Origin: a virus
Taxonomy: Duplodnaviria; Caudoviricetes
Length of the DNA: 31,516 nt
Virus record (IMG/VR): IMGVR_UViG_3300020045_009069
Coordinates: 1-31,516 of that record
Direction: 5' to 3' (one strand)
Part shown: positions 1-7,917 of the stretch, one piece after another
Layout: each line of letters starts with the position of its first letter
How positions within the stretch are numbered: the stretch's first letter is position 1
The notes under the pieces: generated by a model
The model's database searches: none
The model's input: only the letters and a program-made list of their open reading frames with translations
What the model was told of the DNA's origin: nothing
Program-made: the position numbers and the translations under genes

Positions 1-8
1 TATTTATA

Positions 9-620
9 ATGAATTTATATGAAATTTTACAAGTTCCAAAAGATTCTTCTCAAGAAACTATCCGAAAGAATTATAAAATTCTTGCCCAAAAATATCATCC
101 TGATAAAGGAGAAGATACAGAAAAGTTTAAAAAATTAAAAAGGGCTTACGAGATTCTTTCGGATAGGAAAAGAAGAGAAGAATATGATAGAACAGGAGGT
201 CAAGAGAATAAAATTTCTTTAGAAGTTCAAGTAAGAAATGAACTTATTGGTTTATTTAATGTGTTTCTCTTAGATGGTAGCACAGTAAACTTTATTTTTA
301 AGGCAGAAATTGAAATAAAAAATCAACTTACTCGATGTAAACAGGCTAAATCTGAGATTTTTCGTAGAAGAAAACTGCTCTTGAAAAGAAGAAAAAATAT
401 AGAATTTGATTTAGCTTCTAAGAAAGAAAATATTCTTTTTTCTCTTATAAAAGAAAAGAGAAAAGAAAATATTTCAGAGTTTTTTTCGATAAAGGAAAAA
501 AAGAAACTCTTTATTCTAATGCTAGAATATTTACAAGATTACAAAGAGGAAAAAGGAGCAGAAATATTTTATACCCAAGGCATTATGAATAACACAACTT
601 GTCCCGTAAAGTTTTATTAA
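9..620 (+). CDS. J-domain (DnaJ-type co-chaperone) protein with Lys-rich C-terminal helical region
   Basis: N-terminal NLYEILQV..SQETIRKNYKILAQKYHPDKG..FKKLKRAYEILSD..RREEYD is a J-domain with an intact HPD motif. No G/F region or Zn finger follows. Confidence 0.93.
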   Translation: MNLYEILQVPKDSSQETIRKNYKILAQKYHPDKGEDTEKFKKLKRAYEILSDRKRREEYDRTGGQENKISLEVQVRNELIGLFNVFLLDGSTVNFIFKAEIEIKNQLTRCKQAKSEIFRRRKLLLKRRKNIEFDLASKKENILFSLIKEKRKENISEFFSIKEKKKLFILMLEYLQDYKEEKGAEIFYTQGIMNNTTCPVKFY

Positions 621-639
621 ATATTCAGGAGAATAAAAA

Positions 640-768
640 ATGTATGTTTTCTTAGCTATTATAAGTTTAAGTTTAGCAGTTTTGTCAATTTCATCTTTAA
701 ATTTTACTCTTACTATGTCGTTTATTTTATGTTTTGGATATGCTTTATATAAAATGGACATTTTATGA
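640..768 (+). CDS. Small hydrophobic membrane protein, 42 aa (MYVFLAIISLSLAVLSISSLNFTLTMSFILCFGYALYKMDIL)
   Basis: Not in the ORF track. AGGAG at 627-631 lies 8 nt before ATG 640, directly after the J-domain stop. The product is almost entirely hydrophobic. Confidence 0.6.
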   Translation: MYVFLAIISLSLAVLSISSLNFTLTMSFILCFGYALYKMDIL

Positions 769-802
769 GAAACACTTATTTTATTATAGAGTTTTATCGC
801 CT

Positions 803-955
803 ATGAAGTATAAAACTAACTGCACATTTTTTTTTGTTTTTCTTCTTTGTTTATCGGCTGGGGTAATTTTTTGGGATAATGACTCTCTATTTGTTATTTT
901 TTTTCATTTAAGTTTTGGAGGAGTAGATTTCTATAAATATCTTTTTGACTTTTAA
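803..955 (+). CDS. Small hydrophobic protein, 50 aa (MKYKTNCTFFFVFLLCLSAGVIFW...)
   Basis: ATG 803 overlaps TGA 804-806 of a 13-codon ORF (765-806), which is itself ATGA-coupled to 640-768. It ends in the TTAA shared with the convergent endolysin stop. Confidence 0.4.
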   Translation: MKYKTNCTFFFVFLLCLSAGVIFWDNDSLFVIFFHLSFGGVDFYKYLFDF

Positions 956-1602
956 ATTAAATCTAAAATATTAAAGATTTCCTTCGCTGTTCTGTACCTT
1001 TCTTTCATATTTATAGGGGTTTTTAAGCTTTTGTAATCGCCTAAATTAACTGCTCTAGCCACAATTAAAACCGAATTTTCTGTTGTGTCTATGCAATGAT
1101 CCCAAATATTATTTATATCAAAGAAATACTTTGCTGCCTTAAAGTAATATTTTGGATGTAAAAGGATTTCTATATTTGTTGTAGAAGGAATTCCAAAATG
1201 TTCCAAGCATTTTGTTATATTTGACCTTCCTGTTAGTTGGATTGCTCCTATTCCCCGATACTTCCATCCGTCTCCTGTTCTGGCATTTCCCATTCTTCTT
1301 CCATATATATGGTTTGCTATTCTTTCCGGTTGTCGTGCATACTCATTTGCCATTGCCATAGACGGAAAGTAGTGAGGAAACTTTTCTTTTAATGCTTTGG
1401 CAGAATAATTTAAGTTCTCCCTCCCTGAACCTACAAAATTTCCGCTTTCATGTTTACAAACTGCATAAAAATGAGCTAGAAGTAGGTCAGAAGAAAGAGA
1501 AAGTTCTTGTTTTAACGCTTGAAAGGTCTTTTTTCCCGCGATTCCATCAGGAACAAGATTAATATAATCTTGAAATTCTCTTAAAAAATCTCTTTTTTGC
1601 AT
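952..1602 (-). CDS. Endolysin, glycoside hydrolase family 19, with a short N-terminal peptidoglycan-binding motif
   Basis: GH19 motifs HESGNF, ENLNYS, IANHIYG.RMGN, DGWKYRGIGAIQLTGRSN. N-terminal DGIAGKKT matches the PG_binding_1 DGxxGxxT signature. Confidence 0.92.
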   Translation of the reverse strand: MQKRDFLREFQDYINLVPDGIAGKKTFQALKQELSLSSDLLLAHFYAVCKHESGNFVGSGRENLNYSAKALKEKFPHYFPSMAMANEYARQPERIANHIYGRRMGNARTGDGWKYRGIGAIQLTGRSNITKCLEHFGIPSTTNIEILLHPKYYFKAAKYFFDINNIWDHCIDTTENSVLIVARAVNLGDYKSLKTPINMKERYRTAKEIFNILDLI

Positions 1603-1623
1603 GGTAGTTCTCTTTTAGAGGAA

Positions 1624-1935
1624 TTAAAAATTTGTCTTAATTAAATCTAAAAATGCTTTCACTTTATCTATAAAAATCACTCCTAATACACCTAATAAAC
1701 CTACAGTATATTTTATTACAAAAATAATTGTGTTATTTTGGTTTTGAAAGTCATCAAGCCTTGCTTGCAAGGTTGATATTAAGTTAGAATTTAAGTTATT
1801 TACCTTTTCTATTTCTTGCATTAAGTTTTTCATTTCTTTCATTAAATTTTCACAATGTATCTCTAGGCTTGTTAATCTTTTTTCTAGCGATATATCGTTT
1901 ATTCTTCTTTCTAAAAAACGTTCTTGCATTTTCAT
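1624..1935 (-). CDS. Coiled-coil protein with C-terminal TM segment; holin-like/XhlA-like lysis accessory
   Basis: Heptad-like N-terminus (RLTSLEIHCENLMKEMKNLMQEIEKV), hydrophobic IIFVIKYTVGLLGVLGVIFI, and position directly upstream of the endolysin. Confidence 0.55.
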   Translation of the reverse strand: MKMQERFLERRINDISLEKRLTSLEIHCENLMKEMKNLMQEIEKVNNLNSNLISTLQARLDDFQNQNNTIIFVIKYTVGLLGVLGVIFIDKVKAFLDLIKTNF

Positions 1936-1938
1936 ACC

Positions 1939-2646
1939 TTAAAAAATAATTGCAGAAGGTCTAAAGTTATCTATTGGTTCCAGGGCAATGGTGAATATAC
2001 AATTGGTGATACTTGAACTTAACGTGGCAGTAGTTGTACCCGTACTTCCTGCAACTTCTTTTATCCCATAAGCTACAGCAAAACCTCCTCCATTTGCCAA
2101 CAAGCCCCCCGCTTCTCCGGCTTCTGCTAATCCAGTCAAGTTAGAGTTGGTGTATCCACTAAAAAATGTAGTGGAGTTTCCATCATTTGGTCTTGAAGCA
2201 ATCAAGACAATTAGGCAGTTATCTTTTGTCGTGGTTATGGAGGGGAATGTTACGGTTGTGCTGGCTGTTGTCTTTGTACTGCTTACAGTTTCCACATTAA
2301 ACGGATTATTCGGGTTTACTCCGCCAAAAGTGAAAATTTTTCCTAATTGATGGTCTCCGTTATCCCCTACATCTGGAGTAACTTCGGCAGAAGATTCGGC
2401 AAATTTATGAAAAACACTAAAAATTGAACCTGCTGTTGTTGCTACATCTACTAAAGGAGACCCAGTTATATGATTCCATACTCCCGTTGGATTGGTTATG
2501 TCATGTGCAGTGTCCGCACCGGAAGATTCCAGAACAAACAATGCAAAGTTTCCTGCAACATGCCCAGTTGTCCAAGCTACGTTTACCAGTCCTGTAGCAG
2601 ATATCCCTTGTGCCCCTGAACCTATAAAAGTGGGTGCGGAAGCCAT
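1939..2646 (-). CDS. Putative virion surface or receptor-binding protein (T/G/A/S-rich beta protein)
   Basis: Composition and motifs (TVTFPSITTTKDNCLIVLI, GSTGTTTATLSSS) resemble phage fibre/adhesin domains. It lies in an operon with other fibre-like genes. Confidence 0.55.
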   Translation of the reverse strand: MASAPTFIGSGAQGISATGLVNVAWTTGHVAGNFALFVLESSGADTAHDITNPTGVWNHITGSPLVDVATTAGSIFSVFHKFAESSAEVTPDVGDNGDHQLGKIFTFGGVNPNNPFNVETVSSTKTTASTTVTFPSITTTKDNCLIVLIASRPNDGNSTTFFSGYTNSNLTGLAEAGEAGGLLANGGGFAVAYGIKEVAGSTGTTTATLSSSITNCIFTIALEPIDNFRPSAIIF

Positions 2647-2647
2647 A

Positions 2648-3187
2648 TTAGCTGGGTAAAATAATTAAAGTAACGCACAAACCTTTACTTTTTGTGGTAT
2701 GGTTCGTGATTATACTTATTGTTATTATGTCTCCTTCTGTGACAGAAGAAGTTGTTATTGTAGCAGCAGTTCCACTAAAAGTCCTAGTGGATTTTTCAGA
2801 AGAGTCCCACTGTAACTTGGTTGTAGACATTATGGTAGTTCCGTTCTTAAGTATATCAACTACACTAGTACCAGTAATCCCTGCTGTATCCACATTAGCA
2901 AAAACAGACAAAATAGTTCCAGTAAAGGGACACTCAAAGTCCCCCCATATATTTGTTGTTCCGTCTGCCGGCCAGTCAACAGTTTTATCTATTGCCCTCA
3001 GCACTATGTTCCTTTTTACTTCTGTTGGATTTACAACTGTTCCCGCAGAATTTTTTGATGAAATTTTTAAACTGGTACTATCTATGAAAAGATTTAGAGT
3101 GTCTGTAGCAGAAACAGGAACAGAGGAACTTGCCTTAGTTGGCATTTTTAAAATAGGTTGCTTAGCAAAGACAATTTCCCCAGCCAT
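2648..3187 (-). CDS. Putative virion fibre/spike protein with C-terminal beta-sandwich domain
   Basis: C-terminal PFTGTILSVFANVDTAG..VVDILKNGTTI..VTEGDIITISI..KGLCVTL pattern is typical of phage fibre C-terminal domains. Confidence 0.6.
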   Translation of the reverse strand: MAGEIVFAKQPILKMPTKASSSVPVSATDTLNLFIDSTSLKISSKNSAGTVVNPTEVKRNIVLRAIDKTVDWPADGTTNIWGDFECPFTGTILSVFANVDTAGITGTSVVDILKNGTTIMSTTKLQWDSSEKSTRTFSGTAATITTSSVTEGDIITISIITNHTTKSKGLCVTLIILPS

Positions 3188-3204
3188 AAATTAATCCCAG
3201 TTTA

Positions 3205-3228
3205 TTAGTTAGTTAGTTAGTTAATTAA
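3205..3228. repeat. (TTAG)4(TTAA)2 tetranucleotide microsatellite in intergenic spacer
   Basis: ttagttagttagttagttaattaa read directly from the sequence. Confidence 0.85.
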
Positions 3229-3902
3229 CTTGGAGTTGCAAAAGTTACGAGTATTCTCGCTGCCCCCGCAGAAGCTCCACCTGCTGCATAAGTAGCAATA
3301 AGACTTTCTGCTCCTTGTGCGGTTAAACCTGGATGGATTTCGTAAACTCCAACAGTTGTTAAGTCTGCATCTGTAGTTGTAGAATATTTGGAAGTTGTTC
3401 CCGTAATACCTACAGTTACGGTGGAAGTTCCATTAAATGCAGTATCTACAATTATTTGAATCTTTTCTATTATATCTGCTGCGCCCGTTGAGAATAAAGT
3501 AAGAGGAGAAGCAGTACCGAAAGCTAAACTTGTTGTATCTACTTTTAAAGAAGAAGCAGTAGTTCCCGCAGAAGCCCAAGAAAGAACCCCATTACCATCT
3601 GTTTGAAGAACTTGGCTAGCTGTTCCATCATCTGGAGGAAGTGTTAACGTAACTGCTGCTGTCATTCCAGAAGTCGGACGTTGTAAAGTGTACTTCCAAT
3701 TTGCACCAGTAGAAGTTGCATCTGAATTAATATCCAGAATATCTCCAGACATATTAAGTTTAGATGCAGTAATTTCTGCGTCTGCGCTATCCGCAGAGTT
3801 TCTTACTAAAAGATTTCCAGAAGAATTTTTTAACGTAGTTCCTAGAAAACCTAATTTAAAAGTTGGTTTGCTTGTACCTAAAAGATCAGACCAAATAGAC
3901 AT
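3225..3902 (-). CDS. Putative fibre/spike protein
   Basis: Fibre-shaft motif TLTLPPDDGTASQVLQTDGNGVLSWAS. Its C-terminal domain resembles that of 3913-4908. AAGGA RBS upstream. Confidence 0.7.
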   Translation of the reverse strand: MSIWSDLLGTSKPTFKLGFLGTTLKNSSGNLLVRNSADSADAEITASKLNMSGDILDINSDATSTGANWKYTLQRPTSGMTAAVTLTLPPDDGTASQVLQTDGNGVLSWASAGTTASSLKVDTTSLAFGTASPLTLFSTGAADIIEKIQIIVDTAFNGTSTVTVGITGTTSKYSTTTDADLTTVGVYEIHPGLTAQGAESLIATYAAGGASAGAARILVTFATPS

Positions 3903-3912
3903 AATATTTTCC

Positions 3913-4908
3913 TTAAGTTGTATAAATTAAAATTAAACCGTTTCCTTGAGTATTTCCAACCCCAGGAGATAGATAAAGATTTATGTTTTCACTACTTACA
4001 TAAGTATAGGCAATATTGGAAACATAAGTTGCAGCAATGCTTAAATCAATTGCATTTGAAGGAAATAATCTTTGATTATTTAAAGTATCTCCTATAGATA
4101 AAGAAGAAACTGTATCGAAAGGAGTCAAAATAGCAACTTCTACTTTTACTATAGATTCTCCAGAAGGGACTGTGAGAAGTAAATTTGGAGAAACATCTCC
4201 CCAAGAAAAACTATAATCTACTATATTATCTGCCCCACTTCCTGAAATTCCTGGAGCACCTTGAGGGGCAGTTATAACAATAGCTGTACTAAGACTAGAT
4301 TCTATTATAAAGGAATTGCTGCTTTTAGGAACACAAGGAGAAGAAAAAAATCCTTTCAAAAGAAAAGTAGTATCTCCATTAGGATGAAAAATATCTAAAG
4401 TGTATCTATGAGGAAGTTGTTTTGTAGAAACAGGAATAAGAACAGTATCTTCATCTGAGATAAAGGCATTAATAATACCCTTAGTTGCGTCAAAGGTTAA
4501 ACCCCCATTCGCAAGAGTTAATTCTTTTAAAAGAGTATTATTTATATCTTGAGAATAAATTTTTAAACTTGCAGTAGAGTCTGTTAAGTCTATCGGAACT
4601 GTTAAGGAAGTTTCACTAAAAACTCTAGCAGGAGTAGAAGGAGTAACCAAAGGTGTATAAGAAAACCTATAAGCATCTAAAACCGTAATAATTACAAAAT
4701 CAATGTTGTAACTATAAGGTATCACAGAACGTATATTTACTTTATTTCCTGTAATAAGATTATGGATGTTCCTGCAAGTTGCAATAACTTTCGAGGTTAA
4801 AGTATCATAAGATAGACTTTCTAAAGGTATAACAGAAACCCATTCTATTTTTTCCCTGTACGTAGCTCCTGGTTCAATGATTGGGAGATTTACTTTACCT
4901 GACGACAT
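3913..4908 (-). CDS. Virion structural adaptor: BppU_N/LtfC-like beta-sandwich with an inserted domain and a C-terminal spike-like domain
   Basis: IIEPGATYREKIEW...PIDLTDSTASLKI...GGLTFDATKGII...RYTLDIFHPNGDTTFLLKG. Start moved to ATG 4908, which has an AAGGA RBS 7 nt upstream. Confidence 0.6.
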   Translation of the reverse strand: MSSGKVNLPIIEPGATYREKIEWVSVIPLESLSYDTLTSKVIATCRNIHNLITGNKVNIRSVIPYSYNIDFVIITVLDAYRFSYTPLVTPSTPARVFSETSLTVPIDLTDSTASLKIYSQDINNTLLKELTLANGGLTFDATKGIINAFISDEDTVLIPVSTKQLPHRYTLDIFHPNGDTTFLLKGFFSSPCVPKSSNSFIIESSLSTAIVITAPQGAPGISGSGADNIVDYSFSWGDVSPNLLLTVPSGESIVKVEVAILTPFDTVSSLSIGDTLNNQRLFPSNAIDLSIAATYVSNIAYTYVSSENINLYLSPGVGNTQGNGLILIYTT

Positions 4909-4954
4909 AATTCTATCCTTAATTCTAAAAATATGATACACTACACTATGTCGG

Positions 4955-4983
4955 ATTATAACATATAATTTATAGATTGCCTA
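4955..4983 (-). promoter_or_regulatory. Sigma70-type leftward promoter: TAGGCA-17 bp-TATAAT with extended -10 (TGtTATAAT)
   Basis: The reverse complement of 4955-4963 is TGTTATAAT. The reverse complement of 4978-4983 is TAGGCA (4/6 match to TTGACA) at 17-bp spacing. Confidence 0.7.
4964..4969 (+). promoter_or_regulatory. Rightward -10 element (TATAAT) upstream of terminase small subunit
   Basis: Perfect TATAAT 7 nt before TTG 4977 and 13 nt before ATG 4983. No good -35 element. Confidence 0.45.
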
Positions 4984-5630
4984 TGGAAAATAATAATGAA
5001 TTAAATCAAGGACTTACAGAAGTTCAGGAAGTTCCTAACGAAAAAAATCCTTTTCTTTCAGAAGCTAAGAAACCCTGTATAAAATCCGCTTGCCAGAAAC
5101 TTTTAAACATGAATCCCAAATCATGGAAAGATTTAGAAGATAAGGGAATTATCCCTCTTTCTGGAACCTACGAAGAATATATAAACATAATCTTCAAACA
5201 TTATCAGATGAAAAACGAAGTTGCCTTAGAAAGAGTAAGATTAAATGCAGAAAAAGAAACAGAGAAAAAATCTTCTAAAGCCCCAGACGGGGATTTTACT
5301 AAAATTTCTATTGCCGCAATGGTTCAGAGAATAAAATTAGACAAAGCTAGAGAAAGAGGAATTCATATAGCAAATCTAAAAGAATCAAAACAAATTATAG
5401 ATAAAAATGAGCTTTTAGTTTTGCTTTCTCCTTTTTTTGGAAATATTGCGGCAGTTTTAAGGAATGCTGCGGATACGGAACCAACTTTACAACCTGTTAT
5501 AGATAGTTGTTTTCAAAGTCTATACGTAACAGGAAAAAATATTCTTTTCCAGTGTGATCGGGACTCGGATGCTTATGTAGAAGCTATGATAAACCAAGAA
5601 ATCGACTTAAATAGTCTTTTGGAAGAGTAA
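4983..5630 (+). CDS. Terminase small subunit (lambda Nu1-like)
   Basis: wHTH-like CQKLLNMNPKSWKDLEDKGIIP followed by coiled coil RIKLDKARE..IIDKNEL. TAATG overlap with TerL. Alternative start TTG 4977. Confidence 0.8.
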   Translation: MENNNELNQGLTEVQEVPNEKNPFLSEAKKPCIKSACQKLLNMNPKSWKDLEDKGIIPLSGTYEEYINIIFKHYQMKNEVALERVRLNAEKETEKKSSKAPDGDFTKISIAAMVQRIKLDKARERGIHIANLKESKQIIDKNELLVLLSPFFGNIAAVLRNAADTEPTLQPVIDSCFQSLYVTGKNILFQCDRDSDAYVEAMINQEIDLNSLLEE

Positions 5631-7621
5631 TGGATTTCAAAGTAGCTTTAGAAAATATTTCCGAAAGAGAACTTTTAGGGGAGTTACTGTGTCTTTTTCA
5701 ACCTCCTATAAGGATTTCTACTATGGATTGGGGAAGAACTTATAGGACTCTTACAGAAAAAGAAAGTACAATAGGTGTAGGAACATTCGACCCTAATGTT
5801 ATGCCTTATATGGAATATGTTTATGAGTGTTTAGATAATAAGTATATTCCTTATATAGTGTCTAAGAAATCCGCTAGAATAGGATGGACAGAAGTTATAA
5901 ATACCTATATGGGCAAACGTATCCACACAAACCCAACAAATATGCTTGTAGGTTTTGCAACTTTATCCCAAGCTAGAAAATTTGCTGCTGGTAAATGGAA
6001 AGAATTCTTAAAAAACACCACTGTTCTAAAAAAATATATAAACGTAGGAGTTGCAAAGAATAAAGAGAACATGTTCCATCTTACTTATCCGAACGGGGAT
6101 TTGATGTTATCAACTTTAGGTTCAATTATAAACCAAAAAGGAGATAATATTCCAGTAGTTATCATAGAAGAACCGGATGATGTAAAGGATGAAATTTCTG
6201 GACAAGGAGATACTTTTAAAAATATCCTAGAAAGGATGAAACTTGTCCCAAAAACCAAAAAGAAATTTATTTTTGGTGGAACTCCTTCTGATGCAGATTT
6301 TTCTAGGGTAGAGAAAGCAATAAAACAAAGTAACTGGTTAGTCTTTAAAGCTCAGTGCCATTCTTGTAAAGAACTTATTCCAATGGATTCTAGTTCCTTT
6401 GGGAATTTAAAATGGGATGAATACGAAAATAAATATATAGATTCCATCTACGGTAAAGATAATCCCGATTCTGCTAGATTTGAGTGCCCAGTTTGTCAAA
6501 TTGAATGGAGTTTTGAACAAAAAACTCAAAATATCGTAGAAGGAAAAAGTTTTGGTTTTATAGATCATACCGGAAATTTCTCTAAAGGATGGCATCCAAA
6601 AAATTCGAAAGTAACAGAAACTTTTGGTTTTGATTTTTCTGAAATGTTAAGTAATTTTAAGGATGGAAGTGATTATACTGAACTTGCAAAAGATTTAATC
6701 CTTGCAAAGATAGATTTTGCTAAGGGTAATGAAGCTCCTATGAAAAGTTTCACAAATAACAGAAAAGGAGACGCTTATTCGGCGGGAATAACTTCTTTAG
6801 ATGCAGATAATATGAAACTTCTTAGAAGCAACTATAAGGAACATATAATTCCGTTTGAAGGTTTAGTTCCTTTTATGGGAATAGACGTTCAGCATAATAG
6901 ATTTGCTATCATTATTCTTGCGGCTGGAAGAAACGGAAATACTTATCTCATTTCTTGGTTTGAAATTTTCGGAAATGTTCTTAATTGGGAAGATTCTGTT
7001 TGGGACAGATTAACAAGTATATGTCTGGATGGAGTTCCTCATGCTGCGGGAAAAGTTCTACCAATAGAAGCAACTTCTATAGATTGCCAAGATGGAAAAA
7101 CAGCGGAATTAGTCTACAGATGGGTAGCTAAAATGAACGATGTTCATAATAGATGTGTTATGGCTACTAGGGGATGCAAAGAACTTAAATATTCTTCTGA
7201 CGATATATATCAAGAACCAAGAGATATTTTTACGAATTCTGAAAGAAACTATGTACGAAGTAAAGCAGAAAGTCTAGGTGTTTCGGTTTATCCTTTGGGA
7301 ACTCACAGATGTCAAGACGAAATTCTTAGAAGAATAAACTTAAACTTAGAAAAGGATGAAGCAGGAAGAGTTATTTCTAAGCATGATGTTTTCTATTTTA
7401 ACGAACAAAGTTACGGGGATTTCGAAGAACAAATGACTTCTTGTAAAAAACTTATAAATTCTTCGAAAAGTACAACAAGAGAAATTTATAAACTTGTTCC
7501 TGGTAAACACATGGATGCTATGGCAGCTACTAAAAACGCTTTTCACGCTATGTATGCTAGAAGAATTCGTGAGTTTACTTCCGTTCATTGGGATGCAATC
7601 GAAGAAGGTATTTACAACTAA
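5630..7621 (+). CDS. Terminase large subunit, lambda GpA family
   Basis: Walker A KSARIGWTE, Walker B IIEEPDD, coupling motif GGTP, CHSC/CPVC Zn pairs, nuclease GIDVQ and SIDCQDG; 663 aa. Confidence 0.95.
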   Translation: MDFKVALENISERELLGELLCLFQPPIRISTMDWGRTYRTLTEKESTIGVGTFDPNVMPYMEYVYECLDNKYIPYIVSKKSARIGWTEVINTYMGKRIHTNPTNMLVGFATLSQARKFAAGKWKEFLKNTTVLKKYINVGVAKNKENMFHLTYPNGDLMLSTLGSIINQKGDNIPVVIIEEPDDVKDEISGQGDTFKNILERMKLVPKTKKKFIFGGTPSDADFSRVEKAIKQSNWLVFKAQCHSCKELIPMDSSSFGNLKWDEYENKYIDSIYGKDNPDSARFECPVCQIEWSFEQKTQNIVEGKSFGFIDHTGNFSKGWHPKNSKVTETFGFDFSEMLSNFKDGSDYTELAKDLILAKIDFAKGNEAPMKSFTNNRKGDAYSAGITSLDADNMKLLRSNYKEHIIPFEGLVPFMGIDVQHNRFAIIILAAGRNGNTYLISWFEIFGNVLNWEDSVWDRLTSICLDGVPHAAGKVLPIEATSIDCQDGKTAELVYRWVAKMNDVHNRCVMATRGCKELKYSSDDIYQEPRDIFTNSERNYVRSKAESLGVSVYPLGTHRCQDEILRRINLNLEKDEAGRVISKHDVFYFNEQSYGDFEEQMTSCKKLINSSKSTTREIYKLVPGKHMDAMAATKNAFHAMYARRIREFTSVHWDAIEEGIYN

Positions 7622-7631
7622 GAGGAATTTT

Positions 7632-7916
7632 ATGGAAACTATCCAATATATGACAGTTGAACAGGCTCAAACAGAACTTGTCACTATTAACGCAGCTATA
7701 AATGAATATTATACTGGAACTAGAAGGGTTCGATTAACTATTTGGTCGGCTGGAAATAAAAGAGACTATCAATTTTCTGATCCGAATAAACTTTTCGAAT
7801 ATCTTGTCAAAAGAAGAGATGAGTTAGTAAAATTTATTTCAGAGAGTCTATCTTCCTCTTCCGCTGTTCCGGCTTTTACAAAAAACTCAAATATTCCTTT
7901 AGTGTTTAGGAGATAA
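7632..7916 (+). CDS. Head-tail joining protein (gpW-like)
   Basis: Lies between TerL and portal; helix-hairpin-helix pattern. GAGGA RBS before ATG 7632 gives 94 aa, so the track start at 7494 is rejected. Confidence 0.75.
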   Translation: METIQYMTVEQAQTELVTINAAINEYYTGTRRVRLTIWSAGNKRDYQFSDPNKLFEYLVKRRDELVKFISESLSSSSAVPAFTKNSNIPLVFRR

Positions 7917-7917
7917 A

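Noticed and set aside
531-761. 76-aa minus-strand ORF
   Set aside because: No RBS, overlaps the J-domain gene by 90 nt, and is antisense to a plus-strand ORF with a good AGGAG. Probably a shadow ORF, though not fully excluded.
784-907. Minus-strand 40-aa ORF restorable by removing one A from an A8 tract after an ATG
   Set aside because: Requires an assumed frameshift, has no RBS and conflicts with the plus-strand coupled ORF chain.
2147-3930. Plus-strand ORFs 2147-2350, 2694-3194 and 3688-3930
   Set aside because: Antisense shadows of the Thr/Ser-rich structural genes.
4909-4982. A defined cos site upstream of terS
   Set aside because: Expected by analogy to lambda, but no cosN-like dyad or R-site repeats could be identified with confidence.
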